Assembly: GCA_964016885.1 (NCBI GenBank)
Contig: OZ024740.1
Coordinates: forward strand, 28,892,001-28,956,000
DNA: 64,000 nucleotides
DNA from: Eledone cirrhosa
Lineage: Eukaryota
Reading direction: 5' to 3'
A program made the position numbers and the translations under genes. The notes beneath the pieces were generated by a model, which saw only the letters and a program-made list of their open reading frames with translations, searched no databases and was not told the DNA's origin. This document shows positions 1 to 11,152 of the stretch, piece by piece. Positions within the stretch are counted from its first letter, which is position 1; the number at the start of each line of letters is the position of its first letter.

Positions 1-454
1 GAGAGAGAGGAATGAGTAGAGGAGAGGGAGATGCAGAAGCTTAGCTAACTGAGATTTCAGATAAATTATACGTAGATAAATTACAATTTGATATGGAAGC
101 CTCATGAAAATAAGAAATGTAGACACACTTTCACCCTACCCCCAGATATTCAAAGAGTTTATCTTATGTGTTTCAGAGATTAGTGTTTCACCATCAGTAT
201 ATAAGTACCCGTCTGATTCTGTCTACAGAAGGACCTTGATAAGCATCATCTTTGTGTCAAGCAGGGCATAGAATAAAACCATAATGGTCCGTTGAATTTG
301 CTTGACATGCATTTGTTTCTCGCCGTGATTTATTAAATAATAGATATTTATGTAGAATATAACGTATACTAGATTTATGATAAACTTAATATACATATAA
401 ATAATGATTTAGAATTCAGGCGCAATGCCAACAATTTCGAAGGAAGAGAAAGTC

Positions 455-570
455 GTCTACATCGCCTCCAGTACTTAAATAGTGTTATTTTTTTATTTTT
501 TATTTATCCTACCCAGAACGAAGAAAGACAAAGTTGACACTGGCGAGATTTGAACTCAGAATACTGCAAT
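455..570 (-). mobile_element. Decayed fragment of the abundant Octopus-type tRNA-derived SINE (family 1)
   Basis: aaagttgacactggcgagatttgaactcaga matches the reverse complement of the GTTCAAAT(T)CCGCCGAGGTTAACTTTGCCTTTCATCC motif seen at 42408-42445. Confidence 0.6.
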
Positions 571-579
571 GAATTCAGG

Positions 580-727
580 TGAATGCGCATGGCTAGTGGA
601 TTTAGAGCATTGGGCTTGCAATCGAAAGGTGTGTGTTCAATTCTCGGACGGGTGATGTGTTGTTTCCTGAGCAAGACACTGTATTTCACGTTTCTCCAGT
701 TTACTTAGCTGTAGAAATGAGATTGCT
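580..727 (+). mobile_element. tRNA-derived SINE (family 2, CORE-like body)
   Basis: A-box-like TGGCTAGTGG, B-box-like GTTCAATTC, then ttcctgagcaagacact...ctccagtttacttagctgtagaaatgag; homologous to 2440-2613 and 44635-44770. Confidence 0.8.
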
Positions 728-984
728 AGGCTGGGGTCCCCAATCATAAGTTACCCAAGACACTTCAACGAGAATATACCCTTGGAGGAGGCCAGCTAAT
801 CCTGCATAGGTGTGAGCTGTCACACACACAATGTATTTCATTAAAGCACTAACGATTCAGCTAATCCTCCGCATCCAATAATAATGATAATAATAATTTC
901 TATTAGCCACGAGCGCATCCGATGTTAATAATGGTTTCTAATTTAAGCCCAAGTCTAACAATTTGGAGGAGGAGAAATTCAATT

Positions 985-1320
985 AAATCAGCCCAGTGCG
1001 TGACTGGTACTTTATTGTATCGACCCCGAAGGATGAAAGGCAAAGTTAACTTTAGCGGGATTTGGACATAGAAAGTATAAGCCATAATTCTATCCCGCAA
1101 AGCATGATGTTCGACGCTCTACCGATACTGCCAATCCAATAATAATTGTTTCTACTTTTTGCACAAGGCCAGTAATTACCCGTTATTACTGGTACTTCAT
1201 TTATCAACTCGTAAGGATGAATGGCAAAGTTAACCTCGACGGGATTTGAACTCAGATCGTAAAGAGACGTAACTATGCTGGAAAGCATGGTGTCCGACGC
1301 TCTACCGATTCTGCCAATTC
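985..1320 (-). mobile_element. Two tandem copies of SINE family 1
   Basis: ctggtacttt...tcgaccccgaaggatgaaaggcaaagttaac...gggattt...cgacgctctaccgat occurs twice (about 990-1135 and 1185-1320). Confidence 0.8.
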
Positions 1321-1339
1321 ACAATAATAATAACAATAA

Positions 1340-1412
1340 TGGTTTCACAATGGCCGACAATAGGGGACAATAAAGTTGACGGGGGACAGTCTACTGTATT
1401 GTCCCTACATGA
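1340..1412 (-). mobile_element. Short 3'-terminal remnant of a Tx1-like LINE next to (TAA)n
   Basis: cacaatggccgacaataggggacaata...gggacagt resembles the reverse complement of the 3' UTR at 8840-8885. Confidence 0.45.
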
Positions 1413-2439
1413 GGAGGAGGAAGATTTTGTTTACTGCTCAAAACGACCCGAGACATTATAGAGAAAGTAAAAGGTAAAGTAAAAGGGACAAGTTAAAACA
1501 GTAGATTAACAATGACAATAGTTGTAATAAATAACAATGAAAAGAATACAAAATATTAGCAATGTCAACTAGGAAGACGAGAGGGGACTGCTTTTAGGTA
1601 CTCCCAAGCAACACCCTACACAAAACTCTGGAATACTCTATCGCCTCAAATGCATTGAATACCCTTTCCTAGTTTCTTCAATCCACTTAGAAAAGCGTAA
1701 TCCGAGTAGGCCCTTTCAGCTTCTTGAACCTCGCCCCTGTCCCTTATCTTTAATAAACACACTAGAAGACAGCACCATGACCTACCCTCACCTTCCTCTT
1801 CAAAGTCTACATTAAAAAGAGATCAGCTTCATTGCAGAGATTCACCTCACCTCTATCACTTACTGAAAGACTGTGGGGTCGATTACTCAAAACGAATTCT
1901 TTAATTCTATCTATGAAAATATTTGGCAGGAACTTTTTAATTACTAAGCTAACCAGGCCACGGTGACCAACGGTAAGCAACAGTCACAACGCGACACACG
2001 GTGCCTCGAATGTCCACCGAGATAGAAGGTCCATCATCGACTATTCTGCGGGGACCAACAACCCACCCAGAAGAAGCATCAACCTGTTACGAAACCAACT
2101 AGAAGAAACCGGACTGCCCAACATGCACTGGTGGACCTGTCAGCTCTATGCATGATAATACCTCAAGGATCACTGACCAAGATGACCCCAGTCCAGTCTC
2201 ATCGTGTAAGAACAAGAAGGAGAAGCTAACCATATTCCTCCCTTCACATCACTAAGAAGAACCACAGAACTACTACGATGTATATAGGAAGGTGGTGCGC
2301 GTGTTATATGATGTGTGTTAAAACATGTATATATAGATATAAATATATATATCACTTTCATCACCTTGACCGACCAGTCTGTCGGGCGCCAATCTGCGCC
2401 GCTGGTCACAGCACGTGGTCTGTTTTAGCCATAAGATAC

Positions 2440-2613
2440 GCCATCCCACTGGCGGTACTCATTTCTACAGCTCATTTCTACAGCTGAGTAAACTGGAGCA
2501 ACGTCAAATAAAGTGTGTTGCTCAAGGAAACAACACATCACCCCGGTCCGAGAATTGAACTCACAACCTTTCGATTGCAAGCCCAATGCTCTAACCACTA
2601 AGCCATGCGCCTT
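2440..2613 (-). mobile_element. tRNA-derived SINE (family 2)
   Basis: Minus strand reads gaaggcgcatggcttagtggttagagcattgggcttgcaatcgaaaggttgtgagttcaattctcgg, a tRNA-like head with A and B boxes. Confidence 0.85.
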
Positions 2614-2644
<31 letters not shown>

Positions 2645-2654
2645 GTACGTATAC

Positions 2655-2699
<45 letters not shown>

Positions 2700-2700
2700 A

Positions 2701-2925
2701 ATATGTATACGTACATACATGTATGTGTACAGACGTACAGTAGTATGTATATATATACATACATGCACACTATATATATATATATATATGTACGTATGGG
2801 TTTACCGAACAATATAATAAATGTTAGGTAAACCCATACGCACATATATATATATGTGTGCATGTATGTATATATATACATACTACTGTACGTCTGTACA
2901 CATATATGTATGTACGTATACATAC
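2701..2925. repeat. Fold-back inverted repeat (about 105-bp arms, about 20-nt loop) in (TA)n
   Basis: gtacagacgtacagtagtatg...cgtatgggtttacc / ggtaaacccatacg...catactactgtacgtctgtac; an arm-like sequence recurs at 33605-33655. Confidence 0.85.
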
Positions 2926-3465
2926 TATATTTAGGTATCAGCCGTACTAAGAGTGAGAAATGAAATTTTGTTTCATTCTTTTCAATTTATCGTTTTCGGT
3001 ACGCCCGGCCAACTAACTCACTCGATATGCAAATTAGGCTGCTAAATCTAACGTGGCATCCCACACCACGTGAAGTGGTGGCAGGTGAGATGCCAGTCTA
3101 CACACATACATTTTTCCGAGCAGCAGCCTACTAAGGTTGACCTGCTAGATGACCTTTTAACAGCACACTCACTACCACCATAGTAAAGGAGGTCAGCTGG
3201 ACTTAAACATTCTGATAAAAACAACTATAACAGGCTGACCTGTCTCTGAAGAATTTCTATAGACTTTCGACTGGGGAGTGGTATGATAACTGACTAATGG
3301 TGTACGAGCGTTTCCTCTGACGCTGAAATTAGTTTGTTCAAGCGCATATGATTCCAGTTCCTCGGAGGACTAACAATACACCCAGGAGCTGGACATATCG
3401 ATGAAGTGACAGAGTGGAACACATTTCAACAACATGTTTACCTGTCTTTTCCACATTAATTCGTA

Positions 3466-3518
3466 CTGCCTGAAGAGGTCAAAGCCAATAATAGCTGTCA
3501 CTGAAATATATATAGCAG
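3466..3518 (+). ncRNA. Type I hammerhead ribozyme-like motif (stem II decayed)
   Basis: CTGC-CTGAAGA-ggtcaaagc...gctgtcact-GAAA-TATATA-TA-GCAG; stem I CTGC/GCAG, palindromic stem III. Confidence 0.6.
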
Positions 3519-3560
3519 AAAATTTATAATAAACGAAGCCAAATTTTACATATATATATA

Positions 3561-3737
3561 TATTAGAAAGTGAGGTTTTTTTTTACAAATTGAAAAATAA
3601 CCGAGGTGTCCTACACGAGTGAAAGTATAAAGAAAAAAAGATGAAATCGAAAATGCAACTGGAGTTTTATTTTTTTAAAATATATATATTTTAAAAAAAA
3701 TAAAACTCCAGTTGCATTTTCGATTTCATCTTTTATT

Positions 3738-3745
<8 letters not shown>
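3561..3745. repeat. (TA)n-embedded fold-back element, same family as 31631-31926
   Basis: Palindrome centred near 3685 (gatgaaatcgaaaatgcaactggag / ctccagttgcattttcgatttcatc); left part nearly identical to 31631-31740. Confidence 0.85.
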
Positions 3746-3804
<59 letters not shown>

Positions 3805-4481
3805 TATATATATATATAAACTCAAAAGAGTAAGTAAAGCAACAACACCAAAAGAATATCAAACAGTGAAACTGTTTTAACAACTGGGTCAGTTATACAG
3901 ATGAGGCATATTCAAACAAGGGTGGAGGGTGTGGAGCTATATGGTCTCTCGATATTAATAATACAGATATGAGTTTCAGATTACACCAGCATTTCACAAT
4001 ATTTCATGCAGGGCATTGGAGAATATTATTCATTGGCTAAGTTAAAGAAATGCTTTATGGAAAAGCTTTTCTATTTACTGATAGTTTATCGAACTTTCAA
4101 TCAAGAACAGGAGATCCTGTTAAAATATTTAGAGTGTTCTTCCAAGAATAGATAATTATCTACCAGAAAATAATAATAATAATAATAAAAATAGCGACGA
4201 TTTGGATACCAAGCCAAACAGAGATTAGGGTAAATAGGAAAATAGATGAATTAGCAAAAGAAGGGGAAAAATAGATATAGACTAGATTCCAAATCTATCG
4301 CAAGTGAAAAACATAATTAATCAGGGATGGAAAAACTGCTGGGAAGATACTTGAGATAAACTCACAAATTTCAATCTTCCATTGTCTGAGCCAGATCTGA
4401 GAATGTTTAAAACGTACCAGACAATGTATAATGTTTGTAAACAAAGAATATGTTAGCTTCAAACGAGCCATAAAGGTTTAA

Positions 4482-4688
4482 CCCTTTAGCATATACATTA
4501 CTCTATATATACTATTATATGTTCATGGTAAAGGCTTTACCTCACATAATATCGAATCTATGAGATTTTGAAAATATTTATTTTGAGAACAATACCTTAA
4601 AATCAGTTTGAGCGACCGGTTACAGCCAGTTTCAACAGAAAGGGGTAGATAATTCTAGCCGGTTTTGGTCGGTTTGAACATTAAAGGG
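4482..4688. mobile_element. piggyBac-type MITE
   Basis: TTAA|CCCTTTAGCAT ... ATTAAAGGG|TTAA: TTAA target duplication and CCC/GGG terminal inverted repeats. Confidence 0.7.
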
Positions 4689-4720
4689 TTAAACTATATT
4701 TTACATGAACACAGTATATA

Positions 4721-4801
4721 CATGGTTGGATACCTTCCATGAGCTCGGATGGTAACGCTTGGGGATCCAACCGGAGCAGTTGGAAACGGCTGCTTCTGAC
4801 A

Positions 4802-4846
<45 letters not shown>

Positions 4847-4957
4847 AAAGAAGAAGAAGAAGAAGAAGAAGAAGAAGAAGAAGAAGAAGAAGAAGAAGAA
4901 GAAGAAGAAGAAGAAGAAGAAGAGGAAGCAGAACAAGAAGAAGAAGAAGAAGAAGAT
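4721..4957 (+). mobile_element. RTE-like LINE 3' end followed by (GAT)n(GAA)n
   Basis: catggttggatacc...ttggggatccaaccggagcagttggaaacggctgcttctgacag (LGIQPEQLETAASD); homologous to 24955-25037. Confidence 0.65.
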
Positions 4958-5835
4958 CATATAGAGTCACTTCAATTTTCAACTCTGTAGCATCATTTAT
5001 TCCAATATAGAATCTTTCCTAGAGGACATCTTGAATCTGGTTATTAAAACCTACTAAGAATAGAGATGTAATATTAACAATCTACCACCTATAAACAAGG
5101 TCTTTCAGTACAATGTAATTCAAAAACACAAACATTTACCTGCTATATAATGTTCGTTCTATTTTATTTTTGCTTTCATTTCTTTTTATATTTCTTTTGC
5201 TTCTCTTTTTACTTCTGTTTCTTTTCTCTCTCTGTCTTTCTCTCATATTGTTTCTAATGGTACGATACATTAGTTACCACACCTACTGTGTTATGGTTTA
5301 CTAGATCTATATTGGTATCTAAATTGATTAAATAAATACGATACACGTGAGTTTGGATAATTCACGAGTTAGTTCTCAAATGTATTTTGGTTTTTTTTTT
5401 TTAGTTTTTTTTTTATTTATCTTTAAATGTTAACGTTTCTCAATAGAGTATAGAAGCTGACTGATAAGAAACCTTATTCAATCCAACCCACCATCTTTAA
5501 CATCCTTCCCTCATCGAGTCTCTCTTTCTCTCTTCCTCCATATTTCATTTCTTTCCGCTCTGTCTTTATTTATTTATCTATAATCATATTAATGTTTTTT
5601 GGTAGGAGGGTGGTATGTAGAGACAGTGTTATTATACTCGGTGACATAACAAATCTGATATCAGTATCAGTATATAAGATTGCCGCTGCGAGCAAGATTT
5701 TTACAGAAACGGCAGTTACGTATTAAGTGGTTTTCGTTTCTGTATCTTTTATAGTTGATTTATTTTGCAATCAATGTTTATCATTGATTGACCAACGGTT
5801 AAAAATATAGATATAAATATATATATATATATATA

Positions 5836-5888
5836 TAGTCTATCAAAGTTCTTTCGTTGCACATCTGCAACATCATCAGTGGTACTAT
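5836..5888 (-). ncRNA. Type I hammerhead ribozyme-like motif adjacent to (TA)n
   Basis: Minus strand: ACCA-CTGATGA-T-GTTGCA gatg TGCAAC-GAAA-GAAC-TT-TGAT; intact core and perfect 6-bp stem II, weak stems I and III. Confidence 0.65.
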
Positions 5889-6056
5889 TATCATGTTCCC
5901 TCTTATTGTATTGTAATGTTTACGCCATTTTAATTTTTGTCTCCGTCTCTGCGCATGCGTTGGTGTGTGTGTATGATGTTTGGTGCGTTTGCATTTGAGT
6001 TTTTGTGTTTTGGTATTTGCATTCTATCTTTGTTTACTAGTGTGTATTTATATTAG

Positions 6057-6098
<42 letters not shown>

Positions 6099-6100
<2 letters not shown>

Positions 6101-6151
6101 GAAATTCAAATGCATATTTGTATACAGCTATGTTCGAAGCTAAATTCTAAT

Positions 6152-6241
<90 letters not shown>

Positions 6242-6490
6242 ATTAGAATTTAGCTTCGAACATATCTGTATACAAATATGCATTTGAATTTCGTATTTCT
6301 AAAGAAATATGGTATGTTTATAAATAAACATTTAGAAAGCTATAGCTATGAATAACACACCATCAGCTAACGCCACCAGCTGGTCACCGCCTGAAGATGT
6401 TAGCTGCCAGTATGTTATTTATAGCTATGGCTTTCTAAATGTTTATTTATAAACATACCATATTTCTTTAGAAATATGAAATTCAAATAC
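6099..6490. repeat. Double (nested) inverted repeat around and beside (TA)n
   Basis: 6099-6155 is inverted at 6237-6294; 6282-6357 is inverted at 6413-6488; the loop holds a lone CTGAAGA. Confidence 0.85.
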
Positions 6491-6494
6491 ACAC

Positions 6495-6566
<72 letters not shown>

Positions 6567-6925
6567 CGAAGGAAGTGTGGTAAGGAACCAGGTGAACCAT
6601 AACGTACCAGAGTACTCAATACTTAGGGTAATAAAGTAAATTCATTTAGTCCAGAAATACACGTCAAAACGGCTTGAGCTCTGCCGTCGGGGTCTTGAAC
6701 AATTTCATATATATATATATTTACATACATACATGTATAAAGTTAGAGGTAAAGAGAGATATTTAACGTGGACTTTTTAAAATAAACAATTTACACAACT
6801 GACTACCCTTAGAGCCTCCTTTATTATGTAGCATTTAAAACCGTCCATCCTTCTCTCTCTCTCTCTCTCTCTCTCCCTCTCTCTCCCTCTCTCTCTCTCT
6901 CTCCCCCTCTCTCTCTCTCTCTCTC

Positions 6926-7008
<83 letters not shown>

Positions 7009-7105
7009 ATATCTTATGTTAACTATTTTCACATTTTGACGCTATAGTCACTTATATATTATGGAATACTGTTAGCTTCTCGCTACAACAATTTCTATAC
7101 TTTTC

Positions 7106-7173
<68 letters not shown>

Positions 7174-7696
7174 ATGTGTGAGTGTGTTTATCCATAAATA
7201 AATACACAGGATCATTTTTTTAGCTCACCAAAAATAAAGGAAAAGAAAAAAAGCTATTATTTTCCTGAAGATTGTCCATTGTCCTCAGTGCAAACACCTC
7301 ACACCAATATAGACCCAGCCTCACCTCACACCAATATAGACCCACCCTTCAAATTCTCCAGCCCATCACCTACATTCCCATCAGTTGGTTGTCTTCTGTT
7401 TAGTAGAATTATATAGCCAACATGATGGTCGTATTAAAACCATATTATTAACAAAACAGCCCTAAATCTTCTTCATACCTCTCTCTCCAAATTCTTTACT
7501 TTTACTCTTGTTTTCACGGTGTTTTTGATGGGGTTTTTTGCCGTTTTTTCTTGCTGTTGTTGTTGTTGTTGTTGTTGTTGTTTTGTAGAGGTGTGTGGGA
7601 GGAGGGCAGCTTTTTTATTGTTTGTGAAATTTCTTTTCACTAATATTATTGTGCAGCTTGTTATTATTGATATTTTTAATCCCATGTTTATTGGTT

Positions 7697-7746
7697 TCAT
7701 CATCATCATCATCATCATCATCATATTCATCATCATCACCATTATC

Positions 7747-7777
<31 letters not shown>

Positions 7778-7794
7778 CCACCATCATCATCATC

Positions 7795-7889
<95 letters not shown>

Positions 7890-8243
7890 TATCATCATTA
7901 TCACTATATTTATCACCATCATCATCATCATTACCATCATCATCATTATCATTCCCATCATCATCATCATCATCATCATCATCTCCTTCATCATCATCAT
8001 CATCAGCAGCAACACTACCATCACCATCACCATCATCATCATCACAACCATCATCATCATCATCATCATTCGAACCATCACTATCATCATCATCATCACC
8101 AATGTCATCACCATCATCGTCATCATTAGAACCATCACTGTAATCACCATCATCATCATCATTATCATCAATGTCATCATCATCATCAATGTCATCATTA
8201 GAACCATCACTCTCATCATCATCATCATCATTATCAACAACAT
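7697..8243. repeat. Degenerate (CAT)n microsatellite
   Basis: Seen directly; produces poly-I/poly-S/poly-D/poly-M pseudo-ORFs. Confidence 0.95.
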
Positions 8244-8291
8244 CCATTTCTCTGTTGTGCAGCTATCAATGTCGGATGCTTCTAAACAATA

Positions 8292-8400
8292 AAATCCCGC
8301 CGAGGTTAACTTTGCCTTTCATCCTTACGGGGTCGATAAAATAAAGTACCAGTAATGTACTGGGTTATTGCTGGCCTTGTGCCTAAAAATAGAAACAATT
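8292..8400 (+). mobile_element. SINE family 1 3' part
   Basis: aaatcccgccgaggttaactttgcctttcatccttacggggtcgataaaataaagtaccagt. Confidence 0.8.
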
Positions 8401-8401
8401 A

Positions 8402-8900
8402 TTCCTTTGGCCAGGGAGAGCAGGCAATTTTCCTCTGTCTGGTGGCAGTAACGAAAGAAGTTATATGGTGGACCAGGTTAAAAGGACTGAAGGCAGGCAC
8501 TTTTCTCTTCGGCCAATCCGTCATCAACTTCTTCAAGTTTCACCTGGAAAGGAAGGTGAGGGTGGAGAGAGAAGTGCTTCCCCGCTCCTAATGGGCCTAC
8601 TCTGACCATGCGCCTATAGGCTAGCTAATTTGAGGAGAGGGATGGTCTCCCTGGGTGCCATAGAAGCACAGGATGGTTCAGGATTAGTGGGGTACCTGAG
8701 TCACCCCTGGGTCGTCCACCCTCTATAGGGGAATTTATTTTGTTATATTTATGCATAGTTTATTTTATATTTTTTATATCTTCATTGTTAAATTAGTCTT
8801 GCCATTGTGCACTTTTACCCGACCTTATTGTAAACCCCCACTGTCCCTGTCTTTGTATTGTCCCCTACATGTCGGTCTTTGTGGCCAATAAATGAAATAG
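8402..8900 (+). mobile_element. 5'-truncated Tx1-like LINE (ORF2 C-terminus + 3' UTR) ending in (TTA)n
   Basis: AIFLCLVAVTKEVIWWTRLKGLKAGTFL...ERKVRVEREVL matches the C-terminus of ORF2 at 19362-22799; ends gtggccaataaatgaaatag-ttattattatt. Confidence 0.85.
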
Positions 8901-9173
8901 TTATTATTATTGTTATTATTTGTTATTTTGTTCATGTTATTTGTTTATTTTGATAAATTTTAAATGGTTTTTACATTTTCTGTTAGTTTTTTTTACGTTG
9001 TTTTTGTTGCTTCGGCCGCTGCATACACATATACACACATGTATATATATTTATGTATGTGTGTATGTGTGTTTGTGTATGCGTGTGTGTGTATACGTAT
9101 GTTTGCGTGTGTATGTACGTAGGTATGTATGCACGTATTATATGCATATATTATGTATATATAGATAGATATG

Positions 9174-9649
9174 GGTGTGTGTGTGTGTGTGTGTGTGTGT
9201 GTCTGCCTGGAAGTCTATGTGTCTGTGTGTGTGTGTCTGCCTGGAAGAGTGTGTGTTTGTGTGTATAAGTCTGCCTGGAAGTGTATATGTTTGTGTGTGT
9301 ATGTCTACCTGGAAGTGTATGTGTCTGTGTGTGTGAGTGTGTATGTATGTGTGTGTATGTATGTATGTGTGTATTTGTGTGTGAGTGCGTGTATCTGCCT
9401 GGAAGTGTATGTGTGTGTGTGTGTTTGTGTGTGTGAGTGAGTGTCTGTGCGTGTGCCTGGGAGTGTATGTGTGTGTGTGTGTGTCTGGGAGTGTATGTGT
9501 GTGTGTGTGTATGTATGTGTGTGTATGTATGTGTGTGTGTGTGTCTGCCTGGGAGTGTATGTGTGTGTGTGTGTATGTGTGTGTGTGTGTGTCTGCCTGG
9601 GAGTGTGTGTGTGTGTGTGTGTGTTTGTGTCTGCCTGGGAGTGTATGTA

Positions 9650-9680
<31 letters not shown>

Positions 9681-9880
9681 ATGTGTCTGCCTGGGAGTGT
9701 ATGTGTGTATGTGTGTGTATGTGTATGTGTGTGTGTGTTTGTCTGGGAGTGTATGTGTGTGTGTGGGTGTGTGTGTGTGTGTGTGTGTGTCTGGGTGTGT
9801 GTGTGTATGTGTGTGTGTGTGTGTGTGTGTGTCTGTGTGTATGTGTGTGTGTGTGTGTGTCTGGGAGTGTGTGTGTGAGA
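9174..9880. repeat. (GT)n-based compound minisatellite punctuated by CTGCCTGG(G/A)AGTGTAT
   Basis: Motif recurs more than 15 times between GT runs. Confidence 0.9.
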
Positions 9881-10329
9881 GTATATTCGTTCAGTCCAAA
9901 TGAATGAAAGAATAAAAGAGACAAACAAAAAATATATAAATTTCATTAAAATGAAATGAAATACGATACAATAAAATGTTATTACAACAAAAACATCAAA
10001 GAAGTAAATAAATAAATAAAAATAAACGGGAGTTTTAAACATAGAAACAAAAATATAAATATATCAAAAAAATTGAATATTTTATTTTTAATCTGTGAAT
10101 AGGATATCCAGATTTAAAACAAATCACTGGAGGAGTGTACCTAGGTCAACCTAGTCCACCGCACGGCCTCTTTCACGTTAGCCACGAGACAGAGAGAGCC
10201 TACTACTCACCACCATAGGCGCTGAGCTGGCCAGCCGCAGGTGTGAGCCCCGCGAGTTGGAGTGGCTTTAACAGCGCGTCTCCCTTGTCGTCCCCCGGGG
10301 AAACGCTTTCTCCATTCTGTCCGCCGGGG

Positions 10330-10960
10330 CTGTGGGGAGACAAGCCGATTGTATTACGAATTCTGTTGATTAGTCTCAATTACGTTTACGAAAGGAACGG
10401 TAATTAACTATGTCTCTTGGTTCAGTGAAATCGCCTCGCCGTATGGTTGACCGCTTAAACACCGTCCACTTTTGTGTTAAAAAATTCATCCAGAGAATGA
10501 CATTTGTTAGGAACGCAAATTCTAAAGCGCAACCTTGCTTGTTGAATGAAGGTGGTAGGTTGATTCTTTAGATTAACGCTGCCTACATGTGTCATACACG
10601 ACACACCAGCTGTCCCACATGACTCCACAGATCACTAGCAGAACCCGAACACTGAACCCATGTATGCATAACTGTTTCATCTTTCCGTGTACCTTTGACA
10701 TGTCTGCTTGGGAGCACTTTCGAAGCCTATGAATTTAATGTCCCCTGTATCACTTTCACGCCAAAGACACCCTGGAAATTATCTTTAGTAATCCCCGGCA
10801 TGAAAGTCGCCTGGAACAGATCCGATCATCTTCATCAATGCCCAGAACTTCCCGAGATCACCGTTGCTCTTCGCCGTAATTAGACCCATGTAGATTACTA
10901 TAGTGAAAATCCTACCGGTAGAGGCCCACGGCGCTTGACAACACTGAAATAGCAGGATCA
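10330..10960 (-). pseudogene. Old, degraded Tx1-like ORF2 C-terminal fragment (copy D)
   Basis: Minus strand near 10590-10690 reads DETVMHTWVQCSG..DLWSHVGQLVCRV, aligning by eye with EETVAHALVHCSGVADLWGYVEQLLSRV. Confidence 0.6.
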
Positions 10961-11087
10961 CAGTCTAGAGATCGCTTGAAACAAGAGTGCAGCTCAGGTA
11001 AATAAACGAATTGTGGAAAAACATGTTTCATGAACAGTGATCATGAACTTTCCCCATCTAAAGATCGGAAAGATTGACTCTATGATT

Positions 11088-11115
11088 GGATAGATCGATA
11101 GATAGTTACATAGAT

Positions 11116-11152
<37 letters not shown>
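11088..11152. repeat. (GATA)n at the 3' end of Tx1 copy C
   Basis: Seen directly. Confidence 0.95.

Noticed and set aside
1440-2270. Possible decayed retroelement or exon
   Set aside because: No motif could be recognised by eye; needs a tblastx or Dfam search.
2540-2613. tRNA gene
   Set aside because: The tRNA-like head continues into a SINE body found three times in the window.
7473-8292. Poly-Asp, poly-Met or poly-Ser proteins
   Set aside because: Translations of a (CAT)n microsatellite, open in most frames.
9151-10042. His/Thr-rich or Cys/Val-rich ORFs
   Set aside because: Translations of (GT)n/(CA)n repeats.
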